This document shows positions 13,587 through 25,200 of a stretch of DNA of 64,000 nucleotides, one piece after another. Position numbers and translations under genes: made by a program. This DNA is from Psammoneis japonica (taxonomy: Eukaryota). The notes beneath the pieces are model-generated. The model was not told the origin of the DNA. It was given only the letters and a program-made list of their open reading frames with translations, and did no database searches. Location: the NCBI GenBank assembly GCA_008632985.1, contig QPGO01000128.1, positions 124,001 to 188,000 of the forward strand. The letters run 5' to 3'. Numbering within the stretch: the first letter of the stretch is position 1; each line of letters starts with the position of its first letter.

Positions 13587-16208
13587 TCATTCTTCCTCTT
13601 CCTCCATTATGTCAAGAAACATCTCCTTTATGGTTGGTCTTCTCATCAATTGTCGCTGGACCGATACAGAAGCACGACGTTGTGTAGTCCTTCTCGATGT
13701 CCTTTCAGCCAATGCCACCTGTACCATGCTACACAAGCGGCTGTAACTAATTTTATGATCAACTCCAACTCCATTCAACATTTCGATCAAGCGCTCTTTG
13801 TCTCGCGGCTTCATGGATAAAGGACAGGAAGAAGAATTTAGTGCTCCTTTGAGCTTTCCTGCTGGAACTACCATGTAGTGCCAATGCTCGGGTGGAAAAC
13901 GAGGATTGGCACTATCAAACACCTGTCTAACGTCCCGCGCAACCGAGAATGCCTCCAACACTTCCCATCGTCGAAGAGCCGGTAGAGGAGGACGAGCCTT
14001 CATTGCATCCATCTCCTGTTGGAGCGCGTCAGTCTGGTGCACTTGTACGTTGCGGGAGCGATCAATGCAGTACATTCGGGTGGTATTATGGTATTGGTTG
14101 CTCCCTCCAGTCAAGATGCGATCAATTAAGAAAACAATCGCATAAAGCATATAGTAGATCATGTAGAAAGGAGACGCAATAAGTCCCCATAAGCAGCCAA
14201 ATGCCCCGTACTCTCGAGACCATTTATCTGGTCGAATGTAAATCTGGAACGGAGCACGAATGAAGGTGACAATGCATCCAAGAAATCCAGCTCGACACCC
14301 CTGAGAGGTAGTTTCAACGTGTCCAAGGGCATATCGAGTTACCGCGTGCTTGTGGTAGAAATACTTGCGTTTGACCGTGACACGACCAAACCAACCCGAG
14401 CTCGTCTTCTCGTTCACGTTTACATTAAGATCAAGCTCGGCGGGTGCGGCTGACAAGCGACGGCGACGCTGCTTTTTCTCCAAGACGGCAGCCATTTCCG
14501 TCGACACCTTGATCCTGTAATCCGGAAGAACATACTTGGCAACTCGGGATTCGCCTAAAAGTATGCTTACGTCACACAGCATATTATCTCTGGGCAAATC
14601 CTCCAAAAAGTGTTTGAGTCCACCCTTGATTCCGTCTTCCAAAGCCATCTTCTTGGAAAGCTCTTGCGCCGTCTCGCGGGTTTCTTCCTTCTGTAACTCT
14701 TTGAACTTTTCTACGAGAATCTCTTGAGTCAACTCGGTGACGGGGCATGGGCCGGGACCTACTCCAGCACGTCTGACCATCTCCGCCCTATGGAGCAAAC
14801 GAATGATGTAGGAATAGAATATGGTTAAAACTTTTGTTCACCACCGGACGATGTAGGGGAGCTGTGGCCCCTAGCTAGTACTTACCACATGAATTGATCT
14901 GCGAAAAACGGACAAACCAACGTCGGAAGGCCGTATCGTAGCCCTGCAGCTGTTGTTCCAGCGCCACCATGATGCACCACTGCAGAACAAAGCGGTAACA
15001 ACCAGTCATGTGGGCATGGCCCAACATTGTGACACAGTGGGGAATCGCCATCATCCGGGGAGCTCACATCCATCTTGGACCAGCTGCTTTGAACCACTAC
15101 CCTATAGCCAGTCTCCTTGGCGGCGCCCTTGATGATGCTTTCAAGAGTCGACGTGTCCTTAATCACCATACTTCCAAAGCCCACAAAAATAGGCTTGGGA
15201 CCGGCATCGAGCCATTTGATCAAGTCTTTAAACGGACTCAAATCGTATTCAGACTTTTTCTTGTTTTGGTCAATGACAAAGGTTCCAACCACTCGACACT
15301 GCTCGGGCCAATCCTCTGGCTTTGGGACAAACGCAGGTGACCACATGGCGCTAAAGGGGATCTTAGACCGGACAATGGCTTGTGATACGCCGGACGCCAT
15401 GGGGACCTTTGGCAGTTCCAACTGCCGGTTCCTCCATGAATTGATGGACGGACCCATGGAGGCCCACATGAGTGATTCAAACGCGGCATAGGACTGGGCA
15501 TTTCTGTCACGCTTTTGTACATAAGAAAGACCGGCCATGGGATGCGGGAAGTCGTTTGTTCCGTAGTACCAAGGTTGTGGGAACATGAGATGTAGCGGAA
15601 TGCCAAGAGCTTCACATACCTATAATTGAGACCCAAGAATAGCAGAATGCTGTAGTTAGCTTCCATGGTCGATTGTATATGGTACAACAGAGCATAAGAA
15701 TCGTTTCACATACATGAATATGGCCAATGCATGGCGGGTTTGCAATGGCGGCATCCGCTAAGAAGGGCTTTGCATCAACGTCTTTCGGATCGGGCTGTGT
15801 AAGTGCGGGCCAACAAGATTTTAGGATTTCCTTTACCATTTCTGTCTTTTCGGGAATCAACTTTGGATTCATGGCTTCACCCCAAACAGAGCCGCCCGTT
15901 TCCACCATCCAAGCAGACAACTTTTTGGGATCTCCCGCGAGAGGAAAAAACCCGATATTGCGCGTAACGACAGACTTGCGATGAACCTCGTGCGTCGCAA
16001 TACGGACTCGGTGTCCTTGATCTTGAAGCTTTAGCGCAAGTCCACAAAAGGGCAAGACGTCTCCATGTGTTCCAGTCACGAGAATGCAGATGGAAAGAGG
16101 AGGAAGCTCCAATATCGGGAGAGGGGATTCGGTGTCCACGCTGTCGTCAATGTCGGAATCCAGCAGCACCGCGTCCGACGGGATGGTCGCCAGAGGCGTG
16201 CCAGACAT
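13587..16208 (-). CDS. sterol 3-beta-glucosyltransferase-like glycosyltransferase, paralogue 2; exons 16208-15714, 15619-14886, 14787-13587
   Basis: Same motifs and the same intron positions as 7680-10323. Confidence 0.92.
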
Positions 16209-16427
16209 TTTATCGTAGTATGAGCTTAGCACGAACACTCGATGTCGGAGGTTTTAGAGGTACTGTACTGTTGAAGCAAGCAAGAATTGGGGATTGTTAG
16301 TTGTTGCAAGGTTGTTGGCTACAGTATTGCCGTTGTCGACGTGGATCAATCGAATCCCGTGTGAAGGAAGTTTTGCGCGTTGAACTGAATTTTTTGGAAA
16401 GATTTCGGCAAAATGAAAACGGGTAAA

Positions 16428-16514
16428 AAATCGTGTATTAGTGTGTCCCGGTTTTTGATTTTTGAAAATTCAATATGATCCTTCGTGCTCGAATAAAATG
16501 CCATTTTCTCATAT
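16428..16514 (+). repeat. 87 bp direct repeat, left copy
   Basis: aaatcgtgtattagtgtgtcccgg...ccattttctcatat matches 18509-18595. Confidence 0.93.
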
Positions 16515-16519
16515 TATCT

Positions 16520-18471
16520 GTCGCGCGCAACCGTTCGAGCGAAAAAAAAGTTGAACGGCCCACGCGGGCGCAGAATTTTTTTCAATTTTGCGTGTGTCGG
16601 AAGGCAAAATCTGCCTCCATGACGGTCATTTGCCGTCTCTTTCGCTTTTTTAGATGGTTTGAAGCCGATAAACCAAGCAACATCGTTGGCGCTTGATCTG
16701 AAGAACACTACAGGCGCTTCAAATAAACAAATGCATCCACTGGAAGCTTTTTAATCCATTCAACACACGCTTGAAAAGGGCGAATTGACACGGCGCATCA
16801 CGCATCATGATGGTCGAACATTGCACTGCTTGCCTTCAACTCAATCGCATCCATTCGCCACATGCAACATGGACGAGGCATGTAAAATGTGTTTGGTTGT
16901 TGCAGTGAGCCAACGACTTGCATTCCTGATTTTTGCACGAGTGGGTGCCGAGCCAAACACATCATTTTCGATGGCTCCATCCTGTGTTTGCAGGCAAATG
17001 GCACGGCAAAGACCGTGTCAACTGTGATTTGCAATGCACGCTTGAATGAGGCGGCTGATGTTGGAGCCATGCCGGCAGTGGCTCAATGGTTGCTCATTCT
17101 TGCATTGACAGAATGAACCTGAAGCCGCCGATGAACGTGCCGAGCAGGCGACAATGACATTTGGAGGCATGGTTGTGGGAACATGTTCGAGTGTGCCTTC
17201 TGACGCTCCCACCTCGGGCACCTGAGATGAACCCGATTGAGCTGCTGTGGAGTTGTCTGGTGGAGTGTCTTTCATGTCAGTCCATTTGGATGACTGCCTT
17301 TTTGGGGAGAGCACCGGGTGGCCTGCCACGCAGCTGCTGTCATTGGCTGCCTGCCGCCACTGTGACTGCCAAGTCTAGCCACTGGCTGCAGCAGAGTCAA
17401 CTCTGACACTGTCATCTGTGATCATCAACACATTGCACTCTTTTGCCATTTTTAAAGTGCACTCTAGCTGGAGTGCAGTTGCTGGTGGATGCGGGACAGC
17501 AGGATGAAAAGCCTGCTTCGGATTCTCCCAGCTTGCTTCTCCCGTTGTCGAATTGTGACAGCATGCCATGTCACTGGCACCATTCCAGCCCAGAGGACTC
17601 TCTCTTCCTGCAACGGTGGCAGAGGTGGGGGGGAATGGAACTGGGGGTGGCCTGCTGTGGGTTCGTTCCCGATTTTCACCCGCAGCGCTGTTGCAACAGT
17701 GCAGTCTGTTGCTGGCATTGTCATGCACGGCTCTCCAGCCCACTGCAGAGAAAGGACTGGCTGTGCTGGAGGCAGAGGCGGTGGCGACTGAGACGGCATG
17801 GCATGACACTGACTGCCTCCCATGACAGAACTCAAAAAATTGGGGATGCTGCTGTGGCCGCTGGCGAGAGTTTGCTGTTGCGTGTCCTTGCCAAAAAAGG
17901 AGCGACAAAAGAGTGTTGAGCATTTGCAAGACACAACACAAGACACACAATCAATCAACAACTTACAACATGGGGCATGTCATTTGAATTTGAGCCAGCG
18001 AGAAACCATGGGAACTGCTTTGTTTGTGATGAGACAAAACTCCATTCAGCCGCAGTTCTCTTCGTCGTCGCATTCGTCAAGGCGGCTCGATGACCAATTT
18101 GCTCAGCGCATGACTTCTTGAAGAGATCCTTCATCACTGCTGGCAACAGAGGAGTCTGCAGGGCTTTCGGGCAATCGCTGCACATTCGCAGCAGCTGGGA
18201 TTGCACCAACACCGCGGCGATCCGCGGAATCTTCGTAGTCAGATTTTTGACTCAACTCGTGGTCCAATTCATCCTTTCTTGATGTCACATTGTCGCACTC
18301 AACAAGCGAAACAGGGTTGTGGCCATTACAGTGGAACGAGACATGTCGCGGCGAAAGACGGTAAATGACCGTCATGGAGGCAGATTTTGCCCTCAAATGC
18401 AAGATTGGAAAAAAAAATTCTGCGCCCGCGTGGGCCCGCTCAACTTTTTGTCGCTCGAACGGTTGCGCGCG
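16520..18471 (+). mobile_element. defective IS630/Tc1-mariner-type DNA transposon with ~125 bp imperfect TIRs
   Basis: TIRs tcgcgcgcaaccgttcgagcg...gcctccatgacggtcattt (16520-16646) and its reverse complement (18351-18471); transposase C-terminal motif LPPRAPEMNPIELLW at ~17200-17250. Confidence 0.85.
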
Positions 18472-18508
18472 ATTGACAATAACATGTTACTTATATCTTA
18501 TAACTATC

Positions 18509-18595
18509 AAATCGTGTATTAGTGTGTCCCGGTTTTTGATTTTTGAAAATTCAATATGATCCTTCGTGCTCGAATAAAATGCCATTTTCTCATAT
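18509..18595 (+). repeat. 87 bp direct repeat, right copy
   Basis: Matches 16428-16514. Confidence 0.93.
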
Positions 18596-18794
18596 CTTTT
18601 TCGTCTCTCTATCGCGTCTCGCGTGTGTCGAAACCAAAGACTCCCCAACACGCTGCTTTGCCGCTGTCATCATGAGGTATGAGGTTGCAATGGCATCCAT
18701 CCTTTGTTTGGTTCATTACAGTTTGCTTTTCCTACACTTCGGAGCCCGCTTTGTGACTGACGTGATTTTCATCCAACGAACGAGTCGCGATGAT

Positions 18795-19257
18795 GCTAAG
18801 TCGCAAATCGTACAATCCCTGTTCGGTCCAGTCTTCTACTTGGTACTTGGTTGTTGTTGACATTGTAAAAGAGCGAATGAATCGTCAAGTCTCGTCGACA
18901 GGAAGACCGAAAGGCTATTACCCACATAGAACGCTTCATTCTTATTCTATGTAAATCATGACAGCTTGGTCCATGGCTTGATGAAAGAGCGCAAAAATTC
19001 ACTGAGTCGATAGTCGTGCTTACTAATAACACAAAATTTTCATTACACGAGATGGGAATGGCAAAGAACATGGGCGCTAATAAATTTGAGCAGACTAAAG
19101 AATGAACAAATGAAAGCTATATCCACCAAATCGACAATCAAGTAAGACTCGTCGAAAGGGATAGTTCATTATGGTCCATTTTTCTTACACCGTTGTGCGT
19201 GCGCAACTAGTTGCGAAACATTTCGGAACGACTTCCTCTTGACTGAGATCCTTGTCG
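18795..19257 (-). pseudogene. short duplicated fragments of the CCA-adding enzyme gene (18795-18902) and of the LamG gene 3' end and flank (19072-19257)
   Basis: caatccctgttcggtccagtcttc..cgtcaagtctcgtcg matches 33455-33531; gggcgctaat.aatttgagcagactaa..caactagttgcgaaacatttcggaacg matches 29014-29206. Confidence 0.8.
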
Positions 19258-20010
19258 TAGGGTACGACGACGATGATGAATGTGAAGAAAGAGGGAGAAG
19301 GGGATGATGATGAGTGAGTGAATGAAGCGCATTTCACGGCTTTTACAAGTCCAGGTTTCTACGTTTATCTGGCATCTGTTCTTTCGTTGATGCCAATTAA
19401 TACCACCGATCGAAACGGGGTAAGTGACATAAAGTTGTTTGCTTACATGCGCAAATAGTTTACCCCAAGCCTCATTGGATCAAACATTCGGTTTATTCTT
19501 TTACTCGGGTTTTCTATGCTTCGTTCAATGGAGATTGTGTCATTTCAAGGAACGATATAATATTCCCGGGGACAGAGGCTTCGTTACTTTATGTGATGCT
19601 GGACATGTTGGATTGGTTATGGAAGTGGAAGAAGCAATCCATCAGAGGTTTCGCCGACAGACTCCTAGCCGATTCGTTGCAACGAAGAGGGATCGTGATC
19701 TCGTTCACAATACTTTTGAAGCTTACCATCTCTGCCGTCAGTAAATTGGGCTTGTTAGAATAGCGGTCGTATGATAGAGCCAATCTATCTGATAGGTGTG
19801 ACGTGTTTGTGAACTTTTCTATGCACGCACCGTATGACTATGCTGTATGGCACGAGTTGACAATTTTCAAATGTAATCAGTAAGCAAAATTACTAATAAC
19901 AAACAAGAGCAAGCGACAAAACACTCAAACAACGCTATAAACAATTTTTTGTTTTATTTAGAGAAGCATTGAAAACTTTCTTGAATCCTACAGCAATCAG
20001 TCCTTTCTCA

Positions 20011-22185
20011 CTATTGAAGCTCAAAAACAGACACTTGACCAGTGTCACCATCACTTCTTGGAGATCCGATAACAACCATTTTGCCATCACCAGAGAGTGA
20101 CACAGCGATGCCAAACCAACTGCCGCTCAAGCTAGAATCAATGTCTTGCCCGATCCGCTCCCAGACAGTTCCTGTCCATCCAAAAGCTCGGACATGCCCA
20201 GTGCCAGTGTTTAAACTGCCACCAGCAGCAACGATGTTACCATTAGACGACAAAGAAACAGAAACGCCGAACCTATCGCCGAGGTCTTCTCCATTTAAGT
20301 CATCACCTAGCTGTGCATACACATTGCCATTCCATCTAAAGACACGAACAACACCTGGTTTCGTTCCGCTGTCGTTGTTTGGAGCACCGACTGCAACAGT
20401 ATTTCCATCATTGGACAATGAGACGGCCCAACCAGACCAGTCATTGCTGTTCTTGCCATCAATATCGGCCACCAAGCTCCAGGCTCGTCCTGAGCGCCTA
20501 TATATACGAACATTTCCAGCATTAACTTGTCCTGCACTGTCATGGTAACGACCTCCAACTGCAAGAACAGACCCATCCTCGTTAAGAGACACATCACAAC
20601 CAGCTTCGTCTTGGGCTTGACCATCAATATCTCCACCTACTTTCAGCCACGAATCTCCAACACGTTCATACACCCGAACATGCCCTGACCAATTACCGCC
20701 TCCGTCGTTATAAATTGCTCCAATGGCAACCGTCGTGCCGTCCTTCGACAATTCAACTTTGCCAGAAAAATCTCTTGACGCTTCTCCTTGGATTGGCTCT
20801 CCCACCTGCAAGAAACCACCTCCACTATTCTCGAAGATACGGACAGTTCCTGATTCAAGCCCATTGTTATCGTCATGGGATGCACCAACAGCAAGAACAG
20901 AGCCATCCGCTGAAAATGAGACTGAGGCACCAAATCTGTCCTGAGGGTCCTGACCTCGTAGCTCTTGGATGAATCTACCATCAGGAAGAGCCCTAATCTC
21001 AACGTACCCTTCATCGACGTCCGAGCCTCGTTGATTGCCACCTACAGCAAACAAGCTACCATCTGCTGCAGTTGTGACAGACGTACCAAACCAATCGCCT
21101 GATTTTCCACCCGAGCTAGAAAAAATGCTTCTCCATGTGCCACTTGGAAGTTGAAATGGAGTTGGAGATACGGTCGAGGGTGGCAATGTGGTCGGTGATG
21201 CGGTGGGAGATACGGTCGAGGGTGGCAATGTGGTCGGTGATGCGGTAGGAGATACTGTCAAGGGTGGCAATGTGGTCGGCGGTGCGGTAGGAGATGCAGT
21301 CGAGGGGGGCAATGTGGTCGGCGGTGCGGTAGGAGATACAGTCGAGGGGGGCAATGTGGTCGATGGTGTGGTCGTGGGAGCGAGAGAAGGCGCTGGGGTC
21401 GGTACGGTGCCATTGCCAGCGATGCCAGATGGCGACGTCTCTTCGTTCTTGTTAATGACAATCGGCGTAACAATTGCAACAACTAGACACACGACTGCTG
21501 CAATGATTACCGCGAGTATCGCACAGGCTGCAACATCCCTTCCGCAAATGCGAACCGTGCGCCTCTCATGGGGGGCACCATCATTACTCGGAATGATTTC
21601 GGCTTGAACCATTTCCATTTCTCCCATTTCTTCTTCTAGCGCCTGGCGAACATGATTGCGAATGTCTTGGTGTTCTTGAGCACTGTCGACACGATGTGCT
21701 GTAGCCATGTAGGCAGAGGTAGGAGGATCAATAGAGCTCGAGTCGGAATTTCCAAATGTTGCATTGGAAATGCTACCTTCTTCAGGGTTGGTCCCCGGCA
21801 GTGCCCATGCTCCAGGACGCTGACCACCATTGCTGTCGTTCACAAATTCATGAATGCCTGGTGGTTAACATTCAGCTTGAGCATCAAGATCAATCTCTTG
21901 AGGTGTCTCGGGCGTTTCAAGCACGGCCCTTTCATTGCTAGAAACTTCAACTGGTCCCTGTGTTGTCTCTTCCAATGACACAGTTCCGTCTCGCCTCTCT
22001 CTTTGTGCACGTCGGTATCCACGCTTCGTTGCTGGTGGTGCTGGTTTCGAATCGTCAGCATTCGCGGGAAGCAACCCTTGTTCTTGCACATGACTACGAG
22101 GAGGCTGCAATGATTCCAAACCACGGTCACCAGTGTCATGTCCGCCGTACGATCTTTCCTCTTTTTCATCCGTGTGACGATCCAT
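20011..22185 (-). CDS. single-pass membrane protein with Pro/Thr stalk and FG-GAP-like beta-propeller repeats; one in-frame TAA at 21865-21867
   Basis: TM segment AILAVIIAAVVCLVVAIVTPIVI; repeats FGxSVSLSxDGxxLAVG..GxVRVF; ORF 21865-22185 is in the same frame as ORF 20011-21843. Confidence 0.85.
21161..21380 (-). repeat. coding tandem repeat, 42 bp unit (PTTLPPSTVSPTAS/P), about 5 copies
   Basis: Repeated ggtcgagggtggcaatgtggtcgg.g.tgcggt.ggagat. Confidence 0.9.
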
Positions 22186-22299
22186 GGTTGCGTCGTTTAC
22201 AGTTTAGAGCAGCCACCCTCTTGCTCAATCACTCTAGATCAGCTTACGGTTTGGCGTTGAATGTCGTATTGTTGTGCAACACAGAAGAAAAATTATGGA

Positions 22300-25200
22300 C
22301 TGACCCACAAGACGCATCATGATGGTGATTGGGTGTGTTTCTCCGATTGGAGTGGCGAACGCGGTTGCGCACATCACCAAGAGCCCGCCACCCCACATGA
22401 ATCGAAAGTCGTTGGTTCTGAAATTGGTCGCAAGTTTCAGGTCAACAAGAGCCCGACTCCATTGTGGAAGCAGCAGCGGGTTCCAGCCAAATGTGTTTGA
22501 GAGACGTGCATTGAATGGCAGGGGGGCCAATGCATGAAGCGGCTCATGTCACGAAATTGTTTGAACTGACGGGTGTTGGTGCTCTTTTGGCAGGCACTTT
22601 GCTGATTGCACAGATCACACTGTGCCAAACTGGCAAGCCCAGCTGATGCAGCACATCTTTGGCCTGTTGGCCACTGACAAACACTCTGCGCCACATCAAA
22701 AACGTGGCTGTGCGGCACTTTTTTGCTCACCATCTCAACAACAGCACGAGATGGAGGTTGGGAAAGATTGGATCAAATGGGCAAAAAAAGCAGGGGCAGG
22801 TGTGACAGACAAAAATGATCATGAGCTGGGTGAGATCAGCTGCAGCAAGTTTTGTTGGGGGGCTTGAGAGCAGCTTGATGGGGCTGTGCTTCAGCTGGCA
22901 AGTGTTCTTTGTTGGTGCTCAATGACCCGCAGTTGTCTCATTGGAGAGGCAAGCAAATTGGGGGGCAGCTGATCATGCACTGTGCACAAGATTTTTCAAC
23001 ATGGCTCATGGCAGCATTTTCTTTTTGAGTTGGCTTGATCCAACTTGCAACAAACACTGTTTGTTGTTCAGTGCACTTCACATGGTGTTGAGAAAATCGG
23101 CAAGCAGAAAAGCCATTCTTGACACAGCAAAAAAATGAGAGGCCAGATTGTCTGCTGTCATGCTCTGGTTGCCCATGATTGAGCTGCAGTCTCTAAAAAA
23201 TCGCACCTGAAAAGCCCAATGTTGCCTGCATGCCACACATGGCAGCCACTGACAACTTGTCATGTCTCTGCTGAGCACTGGCTCAGACTTGTTTGACACT
23301 TTCATCATTTGGGCAAAGCAACCCAAACATTTGGTGGCTGAAAGTTCCAAGCCAAAAACTTTGAGGCTGTGTGCTCAAGCATGCAGTGCAGGGTGATCAA
23401 AAACATTCAAACAAACACCTGTTCAAACAGACCCATTTTGGTGGGGTTGACAAGATGCGAGCACAGCTGCCAGCATCCTGCACTTGGGGCCAGCATCTTG
23501 TGAGAACAGAGCAGGAATGAACTCTTTGGTGCATTGAGCATTTGAAAATGAAGCCAACTTTTCATGGAAAAGCCTTGTCACACAGGAAAATGTGAGGGAC
23601 AACAAACTTTGGCAACCTCTCCACAAGTGACAACTGACATGACCCTCTGCTTGCAGACCCAAAAGTCATCAGAGTTTTGCATTGGCTTGGCATTGCTTGG
23701 TTGGAAATGCATTTGGTGGATGTGAGGTGTTTTTGCTTGGAGCAGTTGGAGCAATTTGTGGTGCAAGAGGGGTGGGCTGGTCGATGCTGTGGGCAGAAGG
23801 AGTGGCGCAGCAGTGAAGAAGGTGAGACCAGTGGTGCACACAGACCATCCAGATGAGGAAGCAGTGGAGAGGCAGCAATGAAGGAACAAGGGCTCACAGG
23901 CAGAGAGATGGTTGGGGAGAGTCAGGCCAATGTTGAGACTGAGGAACTGGGCAGCCCACACAACTGGAAAGTGGGGCACAAGCAGGAGGATCTGAAACGG
24001 TTGGCAGAAAGCTGTTTCCAGGCAACAAGAATGTCAGCATGAGCAAGAAGCTTGTTTGGGGTGAGGATCAAAGTTTGACATGCAGAGCAAGAAGCCTGAG
24101 AGTTGGAAAAATCAGAGGGGGGCAGTCCAAGGTGGTTTGGGAGGAGGGGGGCAGGTGGGGGCAATGTGAGAATGCCCAAAAAGGAAAGTGCAGAAGTGAC
24201 ACCCAACTCCTCCAAGGTGATCAAAAGCAAATGAGAGAAGAAAAACACCAGCTCAATTGATGGATGAAATGACAGTGGAGCCACATGAGGATTGGGTGTT
24301 GTGACAAAGCTGCTTGTCCCACGCACTGCTGAGGTGAGCCTTGGACAAAAGATGGCTGGCAGCCCAGGGGCAGGCAAACCAGGTGGCTGAAGGGGAGGAG
24401 CCAGGGGTGTGGTGACATCAAAGTGGCAATGAAATTTTGCAAAGAAAGGGCAGTTGGGGGAAAAGAGATCATGGCAAGTTGGGTGCCAGTGCCAACATTG
24501 GTTGGTCTCTTGAGAGGAAAGTCAGGGAGAGAGGCCCAACTGGCCCCATCAGGAAGACATGTTGTCAGGAACAACAAGACCAGAGTGACAGGGTGCCAAG
24601 GGTCTCAATGATTGTGCAGACAGTGTTGCAAATGTGGTTGGAAAGGGGGCACATTGCCCTTGTGCACCCAGGAGCGGGAGAAGGTGTGGTGGCCAAAGGG
24701 GGCAGGAGTGCAGTGCCCATGGGCAGAGGGCAGCAGGAGGAGGAGTTGTGGCAGGTGTGGAGAGAGGAAGCAAATGGAAGAGTGGCTGCGCATCATGTGG
24801 AAAGAGGATGATGAACGAGGTTGCAGCCAAGTGCTTGGAATGGCCCATTGGGAGGGTGAGGTGGTGTGATGCATGCTGCCAAAGTGGTTGCTGGAGAGAC
24901 TGTTCCAAGTGAAATCAGTGAAAGAGAGGAGGGCAGATGGAGATGCCAGGGTGCAGAGGAAGGCAGAGCAGGAGGCAGGCAGCAGAGTGAGGCAGATCTG
25001 AAGAGGACCAGGGAAGCTTGGGTTGGGAGCAGGCAAAGGAGAGTGAAGAGCCAAAGAGCCAAAGAGAAAGCAATGGCTGAAGAAGCCGAGACCACTGAAG
25101 TGATCAACAACAAAGGGAACAGAGGCAGATGCCATTGGCAGGGGAGACAGCAGAAGGCCCAAGGAACTTCCATCACATGTGGAAGCATGGTGTTGGACCT

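Noticed and set aside
21161..21380. CRISPR-like array
   Set aside because: In-frame coding Pro/Thr repeat without unique spacers, in eukaryotic DNA
23900..25150. DIRS-like RT/RNase H on the minus strand (LTLPMG)
   Set aside because: One short motif in heavily eroded DNA is not enough to assign a family
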